The notes: generated by a model not told the origin, from the letters alone. A DNA stretch of 64,000 nucleotides from Minisyncoccota bacterium (GCA_028690055.1 JAQVBZ010000004.1:1855-65854); one strand, 5' to 3'. Shown: positions 9,644-18,920, counted from the stretch's first letter. Numbers and translations are program-made.

Positions 9644-10811
9644 TTGGCAAACAAAAAAACTTGAAGATGTCTGTAATATTGTTGGCGGAGGAACCCCTTC
9701 TAAAATCAACGAGAGCTTTTATACTGGAAAAATCCTCTGGGCGACTGTAAGAGATATGAAGTCTGACATAATTGAAGACACAGAATACAAAATAACTGAA
9801 GAGGCGATAAAAAATAGTTCAACTAATATTATTCCGAAAAATAATGTTATTATTGCCACACGAGTTGGATTGGGAAAGGTTTGTTTTTCTAAATATGATA
9901 TGGCGGTTAATCAAGACTTAAAAGGTATTATCCCTAGAGATACAAATAGATTGTCTGTGTGTTATTTGTATTGGTGGCTAAAAAGCACCTCAAATATTAT
10001 TGAAGAAAACGGAACTGGTGCAACAGTGCAAGGTGTAAAACTATCGTTTATAAAAAATCTGAGAATCCCCCTTCCTTCTCTCCTTGAGCAAAAACGGATT
10101 GTGAAGATTTTGGATGAGGTTTTTGAGGAGGTGGGGAAGGCGAAAGAAAATGCGGAGAAGAATTTGCGGAATTCTCGCGAGCTTTTTGAGTCGTATTTGC
10201 AGAGTGTTTTTGAGAATAAGGGAGAGGGGTGGGGGGAGAGGAGACTAGGAGACGTTTGCGGAACTGGTGCGGGTGGTACTCCTCTAAAATCTCATAAAGA
10301 ATATTATGAAAATGGCGAAGTCCCCTGGCTTAGAAGTGGTGAGGTAAATAAAAAAGAAGTGATGCGATCAAAAGTTTTTATCTCAGAAGCAGGATTGAAT
10401 AATTCTTCCGCAAGAATGTTTCCTATAAATACAGTATTGATTGCGATGTACGGAGCAACGGCTGGGCAGGTGGGAATTTTGAAATTTGCATCATCCACGA
10501 ATCAAGCAGTTTGCGGAATTTTACCCAACAAAAAATTTTCAGCAGATTTTCTTTATTATGTCTTTCTGTCTAAGAAAAAAGAATTAGTTTCACAAGCAGT
10601 TGGTGGGGCACAGCCGAACATTTCACAGATTAAGATAAAAGATACTTTTATTCCAGTCTTAGAATTATCTGAGCAAAAAGCTATCGTCAAAAAACTTGAT
10701 GCGCTTTCTGAGGAGACGAAGAAGTTGGAGGAGATTTATAAAAAGGAAATTGCCGATTTGGAGGAGTTGAAAAAGTCCGTTTTGCAGAAGGCATTTCGAG
10801 GGGAATTATAA
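9633..10811 (+). CDS. hsdS: Type I restriction-modification system, specificity subunit S
   Basis: 392 aa; two target-recognition domains separated and followed by the conserved coiled-coil repeats (LPSLLEQKRIVKILDEVFEEV… / LSEQKAIVKKLDALSEE…). Confidence 0.9.
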   Translation: MKNSWQTKKLEDVCNIVGGGTPSKINESFYTGKILWATVRDMKSDIIEDTEYKITEEAIKNSSTNIIPKNNVIIATRVGLGKVCFSKYDMAVNQDLKGIIPRDTNRLSVCYLYWWLKSTSNIIEENGTGATVQGVKLSFIKNLRIPLPSLLEQKRIVKILDEVFEEVGKAKENAEKNLRNSRELFESYLQSVFENKGEGWGERRLGDVCGTGAGGTPLKSHKEYYENGEVPWLRSGEVNKKEVMRSKVFISEAGLNNSSARMFPINTVLIAMYGATAGQVGILKFASSTNQAVCGILPNKKFSADFLYYVFLSKKKELVSQAVGGAQPNISQIKIKDTFIPVLELSEQKAIVKKLDALSEETKKLEEIYKKEIADLEELKKSVLQKAFRGEL

Positions 10812-10818
10812 AGTTTAG

Positions 10819-10932
10819 TTGTCATTCCGAGCTTGTCGAGGAATCGCTACACTACGATAAGGCTGCATAATACGGGTTGGATGGTGGTGAAGGGATCCTT
10901 CGACTCCGCTACGCTCCGCTCAGGATGACAAA
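10819..10932. mobile_element. MITE-like element, family A (copy 1 of a tandem pair)
   Basis: ttgtcattccgagc … ctcaggatgacaaa; ~90% identical to the copy at 10967-11080. Confidence 0.65.
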
Positions 10933-10966
10933 TCAAGGGGCTTTTAGAGAGAAAGGTAATTTTTGT

Positions 10967-11080
10967 TTGTCATTCCGAGCTTGTCGAGGAATCTCTTCAT
11001 TACGATAGGGCTGCATAATACGGATTGGGTGGTAGTGAAGGGATCCTTCGACTCCGTTACGCTCTGCTCAGGATGACAAA
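10967..11080. mobile_element. MITE-like element, family A (copy 2 of a tandem pair)
   Basis: Same termini and core as 10819-10932. Confidence 0.65.
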
Positions 11081-11100
11081 AAAAGGAGATGGTGCGGCAT

Positions 11101-11236
11101 GGAGTAGTAGACTTTAGTCTGCGCGGCTGTCCTACGGGGGAGATAATAACGCATACGGCGCATTTATCGGCTTGGGATAGCAGCGCGGGTTAAAACCCGC
11201 TACTCCAAAACGCGCGCGGGTTGAAACCTGTTACTC
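11101..11236. mobile_element. MITE-like element, family B (GGAGTAGYAG…CTGCTACTCC) with partial tandem repeat of its right end
   Basis: ggagtagtagactttagtctgcgc … ggatagcagcgcgggttaaaacccgctactcc, then a second …gggttgaaacctgttactcc. Confidence 0.6.
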
Positions 11237-11326
11237 CAAAACAAAATGTAGCGCGGGATGAATCACATTGCTCCTAGGTATGTGGATGTTATTTGCTTTT
11301 ATCTATGTTTTTGGTAAGATGAAGTT

Positions 11327-12346
11327 ATGAAGTTTACAAGAACAAAAAAACTCTTATTTACGAACAATAAAGGGGGTGTTGGGAAGACAACGCTTGCTTT
11401 TAATTGTGCAATGTCATTTGCAAAGCAAGGCTATAAAACGGTCTTGGTTGACCTGGATCCACAATGCAATCTTTCCCGCCTAGCGCTTGGAGAAGAAGAA
11501 TTTTCAAAAACTTTATTTTCAACTACTCACAAGGATATATCCGATGTGCTTCGAGGTGTGGTTGAGGGTGGGGGTGATGTTGATTTCGCGGTTCCTTTTA
11601 TACCAATTCTAAGAAGTAATTCGAATTTATTTCTTATGAAAGGGAGCGTCGAGCTTTCTCTTTACGAAAATTTGCTTGTGACCGCTTATGGACAAGCTGC
11701 TTCCGGGCAACAAATAGGATACTTTCAGACGAGTGCGATTGACAGATTTCTACGCGAAAGAGGACTGAGTGATGAAGTAGATATTTTTATAATTGATACG
11801 TCGCCTAGTTTGTCCCTGCTTAATCAGATAATATTTCTTGGTTCTGATTATTTTGTGGTGCCAATGATGCCTGATGCTTTTAGTGTGCAGGGAATAGAAA
11901 ACTTGGGGACAATATTTGAGAAATGGAAGACTAATTGGAAAAATACAGGCAAAGCCCTTTCGGGAGATACGGAAAATAAATTTATTTTGTCTGGAGAGGG
12001 ACTGTTTATTGGGTATATAGTGAATTCTTATAACGTATATGGCGGACAGCCCATCAAGGATCATCGGCATTGGATTGATGAAATTCCTGAAAAAGTAAAG
12101 AAATTTCTTTCTGAGAAACATTGTCGAAACGGTTTGGTTGAGAAAAGCTGGAAAGAGCCTATTTCTATTATCAAAGATTATGGAAGAATCCCTGCTATGT
12201 GCCAGGAGCTGGGTGTTGCTATATTTGATTTAGATCCGTCGCTTGTTGAAGATAATCAAATAGGTACAAAGGAAAATATTGAAAAATCGAAGGAGGAATT
12301 CGATAGCTTGTCGAATAGAATACTTAATGTATTGTCTGCTTATTAA
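11327..12346 (+). CDS. ParA/MinD-family P-loop ATPase (orphan, 339 aa)
   Basis: Deviant Walker A NNKGGVGKTT, Walker A' and B (VLVDLDPQ, IFIIDTSP); no parB nearby; extended C-terminus. Confidence 0.8.
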   Translation: MKFTRTKKLLFTNNKGGVGKTTLAFNCAMSFAKQGYKTVLVDLDPQCNLSRLALGEEEFSKTLFSTTHKDISDVLRGVVEGGGDVDFAVPFIPILRSNSNLFLMKGSVELSLYENLLVTAYGQAASGQQIGYFQTSAIDRFLRERGLSDEVDIFIIDTSPSLSLLNQIIFLGSDYFVVPMMPDAFSVQGIENLGTIFEKWKTNWKNTGKALSGDTENKFILSGEGLFIGYIVNSYNVYGGQPIKDHRHWIDEIPEKVKKFLSEKHCRNGLVEKSWKEPISIIKDYGRIPAMCQELGVAIFDLDPSLVEDNQIGTKENIEKSKEEFDSLSNRILNVLSAY

Positions 12347-12368
12347 AGATTTTATCGCAGGTTTTGTT

Positions 12369-12396
12369 AAAACTCGTCTTTCGGGCGAGTTTTTAA
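12369..12396 (+). terminator. Rho-independent terminator after the ParA-like gene
   Basis: AAAACTCG-tctttcggg-CGAGTTTT + TTTTAAT. Confidence 0.65.
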
Positions 12397-12404
12397 TACC
12401 TATA

Positions 12405-12534
12405 CCGAATTAATTTAATCTGTGGCATAATGATTTCACATTTAGTCCCCCTCACCCCGACCCTCTCCCGATGGGAGAGGGAGAAATCACAAATGCTTTA
12501 CGATTGGGTTGTAGGACAGATTCAGTTAATTCGG
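12405..12534. mobile_element. MITE-like element, family C (TIR CCGAATTAATTTAATCTG; internal CCCTCTCCCGATGGGAGAGGG hairpin)
   Basis: ccgaattaatttaatctgtg … cagattcagttaattcgg; ~85% identical to 17651-17784 and to 38880-39012 (inverted). Confidence 0.65.
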
Positions 12535-12640
12535 TATTATTCTAATGTCTGGAAATAACGCAATCCTTATTCTAGAAAAAGCCCTCAGACTGGAATAACG
12601 AGGACTATGCTTTTTTAGATTTAATTAAAATCATAAAGTA

Positions 12641-14962
12641 ATGAAAACAGAAGCTGACACAAGAGCGGAATATATTGACCCCAAACTTCGCGAGAGCGGA
12701 TGGGGAGAGGTCGAGGGATCGAAAATTCTTCGGGAGTTTCGTTTGACGGAGGGGAAAATTTTGTTGGGGGGAGCAAGGGGAAAAGCAGAGATCGCCGATT
12801 ATGTTTTGGTTTATAGAAATCAGAAAGTGGCGGTGATTGAGGCGAAACGGGAAGAACTGGGCGCAACCGAAGGAGTAGCGCAGGCCAAGGCTTATGCGCA
12901 GAAACTCCAAATCGAATATACATACGCGACCAACGGCAAGGACATTTACGAGATGTCTATGAAGAGCGGGATGGAAGGGTATATTGAGAAATTTCCAAGC
13001 CCGGAAGAGCTTTGGAATAATATTCATAGCGATCATAACCAGTGGCAGGAGAAATTTACTTCTGTGCCATTTGAAATCGTGAACGGAAAGAGTGTAAGAT
13101 ATTATCAGGAGATTGCAGCCAGTCGCGCTTTGGAAGCGATTGCCTTTGAGAAGCAAAGAGTTCTTTTGACTTTGGCCACCGGAACCGGAAAAACTTTTAT
13201 TGCTTTTCAGATCGCTTGGAAGCTATTTCAAACGCGCTGGAATTTGAGACGAGATGGAAAGCGTCAGCCGCGCATCTTGTTTCTCGCCGACCGCAATATT
13301 TTGGCCGGTCAGGCCTTCAACGATTTCTCAGCTTTTCCTGAGGATGCGCTTATTCGCATCAGTCCGCAGGATATCCGAAAGAAGGGAAAAGTGCCGACAA
13401 ACGGAAGTGTGTTTTTTACGATTTTTCAGACATTTATGAGCGGGCCTAATAACACTCCTAGTTACGGAGAATATCCGCCGGATTTTTTTGATTTGATCAT
13501 CATCGACGAATGTCATCGAGGTGGCGCCAACGATGAGAGCAACTGGCGCGGGATTCTGGAATATTTTGCTCCGGCAGTCCAATTGGGGCTTACTGCTACG
13601 CCTAAGAGAAAAGACAATGTCGATACCTATCGCTATTTTGGCGAGCCGGTATATACTTATTCTTTGAAAGAAGGAATTAATGATGGTTTTTTGACACCGT
13701 TCAAAGTTAAAAGAGTAAAGACTACTTTGGATGATTATGTATATACTTCGGACGATGAGCTAATCGAGGGGGAAGTTGAGGAAGGGAAGATTTATGAAGA
13801 GGCGGACTTCAATCGTATTATTGAAATTAAAGAGCGTGAAGCAGAAAGAGTGCGGATTGTTTTAGACGAGATTAAAGAGAATGAGAAAACGATTATTTTT
13901 TGTGCCAATCAGGCGCACGCGCTGGCGGTGCGGGATTTGGTTAATCAGTTTAAGAAAAGTTCCGATCCGGATTATTGCGTGAGAGTTACGGCGAACGATG
14001 GCGCGCGCGGCGATCAATATTTGAAAACATTTCAGGATAATGAAAAAACCATCCCGACTATTTTAACCACCTCGCAAAAACTTTCCACCGGAGTCGATGC
14101 GCGCAATGTTCGCAATATTGTTTTGATGCGGCCCATTAATTCTATGATTGAGTTTAAACAAATTATCGGAAGAGGGACCAGACTTTTTGACGGGAAAGAA
14201 TATTTCACAATTCTGGATTTTGTAGATGCTTACCGGCTATTTGCGGACAAAGAATGGGATGGCGAGCCTATTGAGGAGATTGTTGAAGATGAGTCTATCG
14301 GGATTAAGAAGAAAATAGAAGAGTTTTTTCCTGAGCCTCTCTTGAAAGAGCCGGAAGAGCCGGAAGAGACCAAGAAAAAAATCAAGATTAAATTGCGGGA
14401 CGGAAAAGAGCGGGAAATTCAGCATATGATTTCCACGTCATTTTGGAGCGCGGATGGAAAGCCGATTTCAGCGGAAGAACTACTCCGAAGTATGTTTGGC
14501 AAACTTTCTGAATTTTTTACAAGCGAAGAGCAACTGCGCAGTATTTGGTCAAACCCAAAAACACGAAAGAATTTTCTCGCAAACATTTCCGATGCCGGAT
14601 ACGGAAAGACCGAGCTTGAGGCGCTGCAAAAGATGATAGATGCCGAAAATAGTGATATTTTCGACGTGCTTGCTTACATCGCTTTCGCAATACCGCCGAT
14701 TACTCGAGAGCAAAGAGCGGAGGATGCGAAAGAAAATATTTTTGATGATGCCGAGGAAGAGCAAAGAGATTTTCTGGATTTTGTGCTGCGAAAATATATC
14801 GAAAAGGGTGCGGAGGAACTGGGGGAAGAGAAACTTCCTAAATTATTGGGACTTAAGTATAATTCCATTTCCGATGCGGAACGGACTCTTGGAGGAGTGC
14901 AGGAGATTCGTGCAAGGTTCTTGGATTTGCAGAAAGATTTGTATGAGGTTATATCAAGATAA
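12641..14962 (+). CDS. hsdR: Type I restriction enzyme, endonuclease/helicase subunit R (EcoEI/type IB-like)
   Basis: 773 aa; HsdR N-terminal PD-(D/E)xK nuclease (DYVLVY…VIEAKRE), SF2 helicase motifs (TGTGKT, DECH), C-terminal EcoEI_R_C-like domain. Confidence 0.9.
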   Translation: MKTEADTRAEYIDPKLRESGWGEVEGSKILREFRLTEGKILLGGARGKAEIADYVLVYRNQKVAVIEAKREELGATEGVAQAKAYAQKLQIEYTYATNGKDIYEMSMKSGMEGYIEKFPSPEELWNNIHSDHNQWQEKFTSVPFEIVNGKSVRYYQEIAASRALEAIAFEKQRVLLTLATGTGKTFIAFQIAWKLFQTRWNLRRDGKRQPRILFLADRNILAGQAFNDFSAFPEDALIRISPQDIRKKGKVPTNGSVFFTIFQTFMSGPNNTPSYGEYPPDFFDLIIIDECHRGGANDESNWRGILEYFAPAVQLGLTATPKRKDNVDTYRYFGEPVYTYSLKEGINDGFLTPFKVKRVKTTLDDYVYTSDDELIEGEVEEGKIYEEADFNRIIEIKEREAERVRIVLDEIKENEKTIIFCANQAHALAVRDLVNQFKKSSDPDYCVRVTANDGARGDQYLKTFQDNEKTIPTILTTSQKLSTGVDARNVRNIVLMRPINSMIEFKQIIGRGTRLFDGKEYFTILDFVDAYRLFADKEWDGEPIEEIVEDESIGIKKKIEEFFPEPLLKEPEEPEETKKKIKIKLRDGKEREIQHMISTSFWSADGKPISAEELLRSMFGKLSEFFTSEEQLRSIWSNPKTRKNFLANISDAGYGKTELEALQKMIDAENSDIFDVLAYIAFAIPPITREQRAEDAKENIFDDAEEEQRDFLDFVLRKYIEKGAEELGEEKLPKLLGLKYNSISDAERTLGGVQEIRARFLDLQKDLYEVISR

Positions 14963-15008
14963 AAGATGAAACAATATCTCAATCGAACTATCCATATTGT
15001 CATAATCT

Positions 15009-15082
15009 GGAGTAGCGGGCTATAACTCGCGCGGTTGTCTCAAGGGCATCGGATAGCAGCGCAGACTGAAGTCTGCTACTCC
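15009..15082. mobile_element. MITE-like element, family B
   Basis: ggagtagcgggctataactcgcgcggttgtc … ggatagcagcgcagactgaagtctgctactcc. Confidence 0.6.
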
Positions 15083-15321
15083 GAAATGCGATGCGGAATA
15101 AAGATGTGCGCTCTATGTGTCAAAAAGGAAAAAGATTTTGCAGAATTGAAAAATAAATCATAATAAAACAAAATTAAAACTATGTCAGACACAATCAAAA
15201 AACATTCGCCTTTAAAAAACACTCCACTACGACAGGCGGGAGAATCTCTCAATGATAAACTTCAGGAAATCCTTTACGTAAAGATAATGTCTGTTATCAT
15301 CGCTATTTTTTTGTATTCTTT

Positions 15322-15975
15322 ATGGCTGTTTATGATCTATTCAGACTTTATTTTAATATAGAACCTAGACCTTCGGTCTGGTTTTTGTCTGGCATCTTAT
15401 TAATTTTGTTTTATCGTAATAAATTACAAAATTATTGGCAGGAAGCGAAAAACACCGGGTTGGGAATGCGAGGAGAAAGAATTGTAAGCGAGATGCTATA
15501 TGGACTGAAAAAAGACGGATATGAGATATTTAATGACCTGATCAATGCGAAAGGTAATATTGATCATATCATTGTAGGCCCCGCCGGTGTGTTTACTGTT
15601 GAGACCAAGACCGCTAGTAAAGCTGGAGGTGATCAGAGGATTTCATATGATGGAGAAAATATTAGGATTGATGGGTGGATTCCGAGTAGAAATATTATAA
15701 AACAGGCCTTGGCAGAAAAATATTGGCTAGAAGACTTTATTGCGCAAAGAACTGAAAAGACAGTAACTATCAAAGTCACGCCTGTTGTTATTTACCCAGG
15801 GTGGTTTATTGACCCTTCCTGCCATAAAAGCACGGAGGTTATGATATTAAACGATGACGAGAAAGGATTGCCTGCTCAACTCCAAAAGATGGAAAGGACT
15901 CTTAGTGAAGAGCAGATAGATATTTTGTCTAAACATATCGGAGACCGTATACGAGAGTGTTATAAGGGATCTTAA
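15322..15975 (+). CDS. NERD (nuclease-related domain) protein, membrane-anchored
   Basis: N-terminal TM helix; GERIVSEMLYGL…GYEIFNDL…IDHIIVGPAGVFTVETKT matches the NERD core. Confidence 0.7.
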   Translation: MAVYDLFRLYFNIEPRPSVWFLSGILLILFYRNKLQNYWQEAKNTGLGMRGERIVSEMLYGLKKDGYEIFNDLINAKGNIDHIIVGPAGVFTVETKTASKAGGDQRISYDGENIRIDGWIPSRNIIKQALAEKYWLEDFIAQRTEKTVTIKVTPVVIYPGWFIDPSCHKSTEVMILNDDEKGLPAQLQKMERTLSEEQIDILSKHIGDRIRECYKGS

Positions 15976-16575
15976 GTAAATCGTTCACATTGCGAGACTA
16001 GGCGTAAGTGCGTAGGTAGACGTTTCGCATTTAATGATTAAAAAAAATATAATGAACCTGATCTCTAGTTTTGAATGCAAATTTGAAAGGCTTCTTTTGA
16101 AGAAGTCTTTTCTTGTTCGTTGTATGTGCTAAGGCAACCATGGGGCGCGAAAAAATCTGTTTTCGGGAATGTTTTCAAGTCCTATGATGTTTCTGTCTTT
16201 ATCGAGCCATACTTTTATAACATCGCCCGGTTCTAGTCCGACTCCGATTCCCAGAGGACAGCTGAGCGCGTTGCTGAATCCTACCTTATGTATAAAGAGT
16301 CTTTCGCCCTTTCTTATGATCCTTTGGATTATTATCTTTATCGGATTAGGGGCGTGGTTCCTCTTTGCTTTCTATGAATTGTTAGTAAATATATAAATAG
16401 AAAAAATCCTTGTCAAACGGCGTATCGCGGGATTACTCGATGTAAAAGGCTTGCTAGAGTTTGTCCTTGTGTCAGGTAATATGGTTGATTTCGGCAATGT
16501 GTGGGGCAGTTGCCGAAATGGATGTAAGCCATTATACTTTTTATATATTGATTTGATAAAGAAGGTCCTGGAATA

Positions 16576-17358
16576 TTGCGCCCTTACAGGAATAACATAA
16601 ATCTTAATCGTAAAAATATGCCTCTAAAATATGATTTGGATAAAATCAGGTTTGCCACCGATGCGGCGACTTTTGAGAAAGCGGTGGATTTGTGTGAGAA
16701 GGGTAAGGTGACGCGGTTCGAGAGAGGGCCGTATGGGTGTTCTGCGATTGTGTTGGGAACTCATCCGTATAAAGTTTATGTGGAAAACCAGCATTATGAT
16801 CAAGGGGGCTGCGAGTGTTATGTCGCACAGAAGAATATGCTCTGCAAACATATGGTGGCGGTAGCTATTTATGCCGTCAAAGGCGGTAAAAAATTGAGTC
16901 CGGAGGAGAAGATGGCGGCCGGTGGTCCGAAGTGTAGCGGCAAGTTGGGCGAATTGGACAATGAAGAGTTATCTCTCGTCAAACAGACCGTCACTTCGTC
17001 GATGAAATATATAAAGGCGTATGAAGGTCCGTCCAAGGTATGGTTCGCTTATCAGGATTCATTGCAAGAAGGATGCAACCGTTTAGCCAAAGTGGTGTCC
17101 GATTTGCCGGTAAGCAGACAGACTGCAAGTATCGTTGTCGATATGCTTTTACGTTTGGATAAGAAACTTTGCCAAGGCAGGGTGGATGATTCCGAGGGAA
17201 TAGTCGGTGCATTTATTGAAGATGCGGTCGGCGTTCTTGAGGAATATGTCAAACTTGATCCGTCTTGTGCGCAAGCTTTTGCCGCTTTGAGAGACTGGGA
17301 GACTTGTTTCGATTGGGAAAAGCGGCTTGTTGGACTTATTGAAAGTAAAGACGCATAG
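16576..17358 (+). CDS. SWIM zinc-finger domain protein
   Basis: CxCxnCxH motif GCECYVAQKNMLCKHMVAVAIYAV preceded by a β-strand-rich region; more likely start is the internal Met at 16618. Confidence 0.65.
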   Translation: MRPYRNNINLNRKNMPLKYDLDKIRFATDAATFEKAVDLCEKGKVTRFERGPYGCSAIVLGTHPYKVYVENQHYDQGGCECYVAQKNMLCKHMVAVAIYAVKGGKKLSPEEKMAAGGPKCSGKLGELDNEELSLVKQTVTSSMKYIKAYEGPSKVWFAYQDSLQEGCNRLAKVVSDLPVSRQTASIVVDMLLRLDKKLCQGRVDDSEGIVGAFIEDAVGVLEEYVKLDPSCAQAFAALRDWETCFDWEKRLVGLIESKDA

Positions 17359-17650
17359 AATTATCGTCTCGTAATTGCGGAGTCTAATGTTTTTTTCGGG
17401 GGGGGGCGAAGGGAGGAATACAAATGCAACGGAATGCAAAATGCATATAAAATGCCGAAGGGATTATCTATTGTTCCCCCTCACCTCGACCCTCTCCCGA
17501 TGGGCGAGGGAGAAGATACGAGTATTGGAGTTTGTATGCACTGTTGTTATAAAAAAGGGCACAAGATATTGTGCCCCTACGGAATACAAAAGACGCAGGC
17601 GGTGTGTCTTTTTTTGGATGTTGGTTTTTTTGGATGTCATTAGGAAATTA

Positions 17651-17784
17651 TACCAAATCAACTTAATCTGTGACATAATGATTTCACTTTTGTTCCCCCT
17701 CACCCCAACCCTCTCCCGGTAGGAGAGGGAGAAATTCCAAATGCTGTATGACTGGATTATAGGACAGATTTAGTTAATTTGGTA
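17651..17784. mobile_element. MITE-like element, family C
   Basis: taccaaatcaacttaatctg … cagatttagttaatttggta; its right TIR contains the last 4 codons (Pro-Ile-Pro-Asn) and the stop of the pilin-like gene. Confidence 0.65.
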
Positions 17785-18190
17785 TTGGTTGGTCTGCCTG
17801 GGGAGTTTTGCCGGTAAATTTGCAGCCTGTTTCTGTGCAGATGGCGGAGGTGATATCTCCGGCGCGTGTTGGGGGTGGTGTGAATCGGATGGAGAAAGTG
17901 CCGTCCGGATCGCAGTCGCGAAGGACCGTGATGCTGTCGATTGCAGTGGCGGCGGGGTAGGTGTCGGATCCGCCGATGGCGCAGATTTCCTCGTCCGCGA
18001 CATCGTTCAGGCTTCCTCCGTCATAGCAGCACATCAGGGCGGCGGGAACGACGCTTGCGGTTGTTAGCTGAAAGGAGGCGTCATACGCTTTTCCTTGGGC
18101 GAAGAAGATGGAGGAGGCTATCACTATAACCATCTGAGAGGCGATTAAGACTTCGATAGGTATAAATCCTTTATCTTTTTGGATGTGCAT
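17774..18190 (-). CDS. Type IV pilin / pseudopilin-like protein (prepilin N-terminal methylation motif)
   Basis: Start at internal Met of the listed ORF: MHIQKDKGFIPIEVLIASQMVIVIASSIFF fits the class III signal G|F-x-x-x-E plus a hydrophobic helix; Cys-rich C-terminal half. Confidence 0.6.
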   Translation of the reverse strand: MHIQKDKGFIPIEVLIASQMVIVIASSIFFAQGKAYDASFQLTTASVVPAALMCCYDGGSLNDVADEEICAIGGSDTYPAATAIDSITVLRDCDPDGTFSIRFTPPPTRAGDITSAICTETGCKFTGKTPQADQPIPN

Positions 18191-18789
18191 AATGGTCTTG
18201 ATTAGCGAGATTATAGTATCAAAGTAGCATAGAATATTAAAAATAGGAATATCGGGGTGTTTATAGGGAGTAGGGCTATTTTTACTTCTTTTTTTCAAAA
18301 GGCTAAGCAAAATGCGGATTCAGATGCGATGCACAATGATTGGGAATTATTTGCCCCCCCTCACCCCGACCCTCTCCCGGTAGGAGAGGGAGAAAGACAG
18401 ATGCGACAGACTGAATAATATACAAAATGCCAAGGAATTGTTTTTTTCTCCATGTGAAAGGATTATTTATTATTACCTCTTATCCCGATCCTTTCCCTGT
18501 AGGAGGGGGAGAAAAGCAAATATAAAATACCACCTCCTGATTCGACTCTTTCCAGCTGTCGCGATTACGCTTTGGGGTGGCGATGCTCGATGGGCTAGGG
18601 AAAAAGACTAAATACCTGTCGTACTGACATGATAGTTTTTTGGGTTGATTTTATTCCAGTATTATCCTTGCAAACGAGGATCCCGAAATGAGTTCAGGAT
18701 GACAATTCGGAAAACGAGGGCACAAAATATTGTGCCCCTACGGGGTAAATGCAAAATGCTAGATGAGGCATTTGCTCTATTCGAATTGG

Positions 18790-18819
18790 ACAGCAGCGCA
18801 GACTGAAGTCTGCTACTCC
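18790..18819. repeat. Half-copy (one TIR) of family B element
   Basis: gacagcagcgcagactgaagtctgctactcc. Confidence 0.5.
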
Positions 18820-18890
18820 GTTTGGCAGAGAGGTATTAGATAAAGTGCAGGAAGGACAGTCCTTTTGATTCTGCAAGGACTATCATCATG

Positions 18891-18920
18891 TAAAAAAAAG
18901 AAGAGGCTTTTATGCCTCTC
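18891..18920 (-). terminator. Rho-independent terminator of the 18910-20331 gene (minus strand)
   Basis: On minus strand GAGAGGC-ataaaa-GCCTCTT followed by T9; stop codon lies in the loop. Confidence 0.65.

Noticed and set aside
10819-11236. Tandem, regularly sized repeats after hsdS that could be mistaken for a CRISPR array
   Set aside because: There are only two ~114-bp units with 34 bp between them, and the units are themselves inverted-repeat elements with heterogeneous cores. There are no short conserved direct repeats with unique spacers, and no cas genes. The 'CCCTCTCCCGATGGGAGAGGG' copies are likewise irregularly spaced.
16129-16371. Minus-strand 80-codon open frame (…KGERLFIHKVGFSNALSCPLGIGVGLEPGDVIKVWLDKDRNIIG…) that looks vaguely like a small β-barrel (FeoA/Mop-like) domain
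   Set aside because: It contains no ATG, GTG or TTG start in frame and has no RBS. The similarity is only impressionistic. It is most likely a chance open frame or at best a decayed pseudogene. The plus-strand ORF 16169-16396 over the same DNA is also unconvincing.
17375-18130. Several listed ORFs (17375-17722, 17434-17643, 17464-17703, 17770-18003, 17789-18067, 17941-18129) and 22536-22865, 18694-18876, 46888-47139
   Set aside because: They run through MITE and palindrome repeats (translations like PLPMGEGE, GAQYFVP, HRERVEVRG recur) or lie antisense to the pilin gene. They are mutually overlapping and lack coding character.
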